Under the pieces are notes generated by a model. That model made no database searches. It was not told the origin of the DNA and saw only the letters and a list, made by a program, of their open reading frames with translations. The position numbers and the translations under genes are program-made. DNA of 64,000 nucleotides, taken from contig CAJINV010000005.1 of the NCBI GenBank assembly GCA_905178155.1, forward strand, positions 1,514,438 through 1,578,437. The letters are read 5' to 3'. Origin of the DNA: Amoebophrya sp. A120 (Eukaryota > Protista > Dinoflagellata). Numbering within the stretch: position 1 is the stretch's first letter; every line of letters starts with the position of its first letter. This document shows, in pieces, positions 59,451-64,000 of the stretch.

Positions 59451-60806
59451 TCCGCCTCCCCCTCCCCCTCCTGTTCCTCGGACACCGCCACCATCACCGC
59501 CGCGCCACCGTTCCCGTCGGTACTCGTGGGGAGGGCCAACGTCATCGCATTGACCGGAGCAGCGCTCGTCCCGTACACCAGGGCTGACGCTTCGGACTGG
59601 AAACCGCAGGTTTTTTTCCCATCTTCCACTTCCGACAGGGCGCATAATTTTCCACCCGAGGCAAGAAGGGAAGCTCCAGCTTCGTCCTCGTTTTTCGCGC
59701 GTTCGCACAGCTGCGTGAGTTTCTGCAGGTCGGAAGAGGAAGATGATTGTCCTTCGATTGTTCAGAAGCTCCTTCCGCTTGTCCATCGGCTCCTTCCGTC
59801 AGCGCTTCCAGGTCCGAGCCCGTCACCGTACAGTAGAGAGCGCCCCGAGCGACTTCCAGCTTCAGGTCCGTGAAAAAGCAGTGACCAGTTGTCCGCGAGC
59901 TGTCAACATGTGGAAGTTCAAGTTCCCCCGCCACGGCGTCGACATCGTCTTCCCTCCAGGTGCATCTGCCCCCATTTTTCTCAATGTACTCCGGCGTACT
60001 CACGCAGTCGGCCTCCTCCGTGATCACGCCGCACAGCTTCTCCCCGGTATCCGCTGTTTCGTCCATCGCGTAATTGCATTTTGGCCCGGCGAAGTTCGCC
60101 GCGTCCCAGTAGCAAACGCCGGTCTTCGGCTTGAACGCAGGATTGTTGTCCTCGTTCCTGCACTTCTCTTCCGTGTCCAGATTGGTGCAGAACTGATCTG
60201 GAGTCTTCGCCAGCACCTCCCAAATTTTCGCGTTCACCTGCCCCGGCTTCTTCAGGCCGCACTCACCCTCGACGTTGTTCTCAGCCGCGTTTGGTGATGC
60301 AGCTGGTGTAGCGGTCCACTCGCAGGTCGTCCTCGCTTTCATTCACGATTGCTGCAGCTCCCCCACTTCGTTACTCTCGTCAACGCAAGTTTCCCTTGTC
60401 TTCCACTGCTGGCAGTACTCCACCGGAGTTCTGGCAATTATACCAGACTTTTGGTCGACGTTGTTCTTGTCTGGCAGTGGGACGTGGTCATTCTTGTGGC
60501 CCTGGTCAAGAACGTCGTTGCCGAGCGTGTCAAGGTCACCGGAGTGAACATTGCGGTGGACCTCGATCTTGACCTTGTCGTCGTCGCCGACGGAGGGATG
60601 CAGTGGTGCTTCATCTTTTTCAGGCTTCTCCTGCGTCGGCGGCGCCCTGGTGATAATAGGCACTTCAGGCTTCGGCGATATGGTTGTAACCACGCCGTCG
60701 GGGTAGCGGCAGACTTCGTTATCGTTGTACCAGATGCACATGATTGTGTGGCTTGGCGCTGAGCCAATCCCCTCGACTGTCGTTTCGCGGCAGTTTTCTT
60801 TTGCCT

Positions 60807-61140
60807 TATGAGAGTACACAGCTCCCCCCATCTTCATTTTTTGCAGGACAGGAACACCAAAAATAGAAGAGTTGGCAGGAGTGCAGGTCTTACATGGCAA
60901 GCACGCATAGGATTGCAGTACTGCTTTTCGCTGTCAGAACTACCTGTCACGCAATGTATTACTATTGCGGGCCCACTAGCAATAGGCAGTACAGCTACAG
61001 GGCGGAGGCGTACATGCGAAGTTGGTGTTCATTGGAGTAGTTCGTACCGGTAACATAAACAAAATATTCATATTGACATTCCTGATTTGCATTTCATGCC
61101 AAAAGAAGGAGGGGGTCACGACGAGTTCTGTAATGTCATA
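60807..61140. mobile_element. Introner family G
   Basis: tatgagagtacacagc / gttctgtaatgtcata; flanks tgcct/ttcct; removal gives LCNVIEE/KENCRE. Confidence 0.8.
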
Positions 61141-61526
61141 TTCCTCGATGACGTTGCACAACTGGTCCGGCGGCGAAGATGTCCCAGGGGACTCGTCTTG
61201 GACAAAAGTGCAATGCTCTTTCAGCCCTCCGCTCAACCCAAACGGTGTTGTGTGGAAAACACACTTTCCGCCGAACTGAAACTGCTCGGCGATCGGGATC
61301 GCGTTGGTGCACGAAACCGAATCCGCACTTCCCATGTCGCACCTCTTCTGCGGATCCTCCGTTGTCGGCGGCGCACTGGTGGTACTAGGCGCTCCAGGCT
61401 GCGGCGATATGGTAACCACGCCGTCGTGGTAGCAAACTTCGTTGTACTTGTACCAGAAGCACTTGAATTCTTGCTGCCTCATGGGGCTCATCACGACGGT
61501 TGTATTGTGGCAGTTTTCTTCTTCGT

Positions 61527-61907
61527 TATGAGAGTGCACAACTGCTGCTCCCCCTCATCTTCATCTTTTGCAGAGTGCGAAGACTAGCGATACCAAAAAA
61601 GAAAAGAAGTAGATCAAGCGTGGTCGGCAACTAGAACTACAAGAGTGCAGGTCTTACAGGAAGTAGAACATTTAACAAGGCCACACAGGGGGACTGCACT
61701 ACAAGTACTGCTTTCGCTGCCAGAAGACCCTGTCACGCAGACGCAACCGGTGTCACTTATGGGCGCAAAGAGCAGACGAGTCGACGCGGACGACACGGAG
61801 TAAGTTAGTGTTAAAAGTTCTTGGCAACATTCAAGTTGTAGCTGAATGACAATGACAAGTCATGACAAGAGGGAGAGGGGGTGTAGGTGTTGTTCTGCAC
61901 TCTCATA
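61527..61907. mobile_element. Introner family G
   Basis: tatgagagtgca / tgcactctcata; flanks ttcgt/ttcct; removal gives LCNVIEE/EENCHN. Confidence 0.88.
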
Positions 61908-64000
61908 TTCCTCAATCACGTTGCACAACTGATCCGATCGCGAAGCCCCACCTTGTTTCACAAAAGTGCAATGTTCTTGGAATCCTCCGCTTGAAGACCC
62001 GAACGGGGTTGTGTGGAAAACACACGCTCCGCCAAGCACTTCCCCAAAACTGGGCTGGATCGCGTCCTTGCACGAACTCGGGTTCGCTCTTCCCATGTCG
62101 CAAATTTCCTGTGGATCCACCACGTCTTCGTCTTCTCCACCGCCTGGGCTTGGTGTGGTGGCCAGCACGACTTCAGACACCGCGTCCATCACATCCAGGA
62201 TCGTCTGGGAGGGGGCGTACTGAAAGTTGCATGGTGGCATTCCTCCCGCAAATAAGACTGCATTCCAAATGCACTTCGCGCGTCCTTCGGCGGCCGCTTC
62301 AGTGTCTGGGTCCAGGTCACCGCGAGGAATCACCGCACTTTCGCAGCTGGCTTGGTCGGAAACCCGGCTGGCGTCCGCACAGTAGGTTTGGCCCTTCTCG
62401 TAAATTTGCTGAATGTAAAGGGCTTGTACAGGCGTGGAGTCGGACACGGGCAAAGAGTGTTGCGCACGAATCTGGGCCGCCAAATCGTTCAGCGAATTGA
62501 TGAGAAATGCAGGAGCAGTGTAGTCGAAGTTGCAAGTCGGAACTTGATCGTGATCTGCATCCTGAAGAAGATCCCACCGGCAATTGGCGCGCCCCTCGTC
62601 AACGGCGTGGTCGGAATCGTTACCGAGCACATCCGCCGGAATTTGGGCGGAATTACAAGCCGTGGCATCTCCCTGGTCGAAGCCGGCGCAGTAGGCCTGG
62701 CCGTTCTGCTCAATGTCGAGGATGTCCGAAAGCAAACCAAAATGTAGATATTCGGGCGAAGGCATGTCGTCGACTTTTTGTGTTCTTCCAGCCTTGTCGT
62801 GCACGGTGTTCTTTGATACCATCGACGCAATCTTTTCTGTTTGTGTTTGTGTTTTTATCATTTTCCGCCGCTGCTGCAAGAACGTTTTCTCCGTCCTGGA
62901 ACTTCTCATCTGCACCCCTGAAGTTGTTTTTGCCGTAGTAGAACTGGCGAAGAGGTGTTGTTCTTTCAATTGCCCTCGAAGCAGGGCCGCGGAAACGAAC
63001 GGAAAAAACGAGTGGTAATTGTCGTGGTTGTAGTCCTCCCCTGGCATCGGTAACAAGGAGGACAATTCGTAGGCTGTTACGGACAATCGCAGCATCCCCT
63101 TCCTCGTCAGGGATGAACCGGGCAGCAGCGACGTGCTGTCGCTGCGGCGAACCGCCTGCGACTCACTCATTCTTCTACTTCTTCGGTTTTTTGGTGATAG
63201 AGTAAAGATTTGTGAAGATTAAGATGTTGAGATGAAACTCAAACTCTTTCGTGGTCAAACCAACGAAAGAACAAGAGTGGTATGCAATACGGTTATTTTT
63301 ACTGCGGTTCTTCAGGATGAACGGTGACTGAGTGTTGTCGTGGAGGTCTTCCACCAACGAAAATCAGTATCCTGGAGCGGGTTTTCGTGAAGGAAACGGA
63401 GATCGATGTGCTTGTTGTGGTTGTTCATGTTCTAAGTACTTCTAAATTTAACACGAGTCCGAGTGTAATGCTCAGTCACAGAAGAAATTTTTTTTTAAAA
63501 ATCTTCTACCCTGTAATGACGAAAAAGCAAAACGAGCTTGTAGAAGAAGTGGCGCCAACATCACCGTAGAAGAAGATGAACGTGGTCTACGTCAGTACAG
63601 CTACAGCAGTGCTTGTGCACGATGAAAGCCAGAATCAAACTTCATCGATGCTGGAAGACATCGTGGAGTCGTTGTTTTTGGACGAGGACGACGGGACGAC
63701 ACGAACGTGATGAACGACAAGGAGTTATGGCAATGCAACAAACTTGTTCTACAGCACAACTTTTTACACCTTGCGACCTGTTCAAGACGATGTTGTTCCG
63801 ATTCCGTGTAAAAAGTGCATTGACGAAGCGCCACCTCTGTTGTAGCGAAGAACGACATGGTAGCGCATCGGCTTGAATACAATGCAAACGAATGATTTAG
63901 ATTTACGAACAAAGCTGATTCTGCTGCTGCTGCTGCTTCTGCATCGCTGACACAACAGCAACCACAACGGATGTTAATGTTGCAGAAAATATTCGAAGAT

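Larger units (their letters stand above)
57906..63170 (-). pseudogene. Cys/Trp-repeat putative surface or secreted protein gene, probably disrupted (in-frame TGA 60343-60345, frameshift near 59740, 1.4-kb insertion 58063-59446)
   Basis: Repeated C-x6-10-C...C-x-W modules across the ORFs 61860..63170, 60976..61539, 60343..60900, 59542..60342; C-terminus ...EAEKQKQELPGG...ENEGGC* resumes left of the insertion. Confidence 0.6.

Noticed and set aside
6844-61912. Apparent G enrichment at positions 4-5 of the target duplication
   Set aside because: 20 of 31 sense-strand copies, against roughly half expected in G-rich coding DNA; not convincing at this sample size.

Overview
Eukaryotic genomic DNA, most likely the parasitic dinoflagellate Amoebophrya (Syndiniales). 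This assignment is an inference from gene architecture, not a database hit. All seven reconstructable genes lie on the minus strand. The window is dominated by 31 non-canonical intron-like elements (introners, 109-923 bp) that all begin TAT, end ATA, carry terminal inverted repeats (TIRs) and sit in a 5-bp direct repeat (20 perfect, 11 degenerate). Removing each element plus one repeat copy restores the reading frame. This joins many apparent ORFs into one 38.5-kb gene (12807-51338; 23 introners + 2 GT-AG introns) encoding about 10,981 aa: three GYF-like domains, a long R-x-x-D-G beta-repeat region, acidic tracts, a very long E/R/K helix with ~51-aa periodicity, WPEEEEP repeats and a Gly/Pro/NPF tail. 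The other genes are a RAB3GAP2-like gene, a SHIPPO/PGP-repeat (ODF3-like) gene, a small Cys-repeat secreted/GPI-like protein whose introner carries ~670 bp of extra cargo, a type I membrane protein, a partial ORF at the left edge, and a probably decaying Cys-repeat gene split by an RNase H-bearing retroelement fragment between 49-bp direct repeats. All gene models were built by hand, without transcript evidence.
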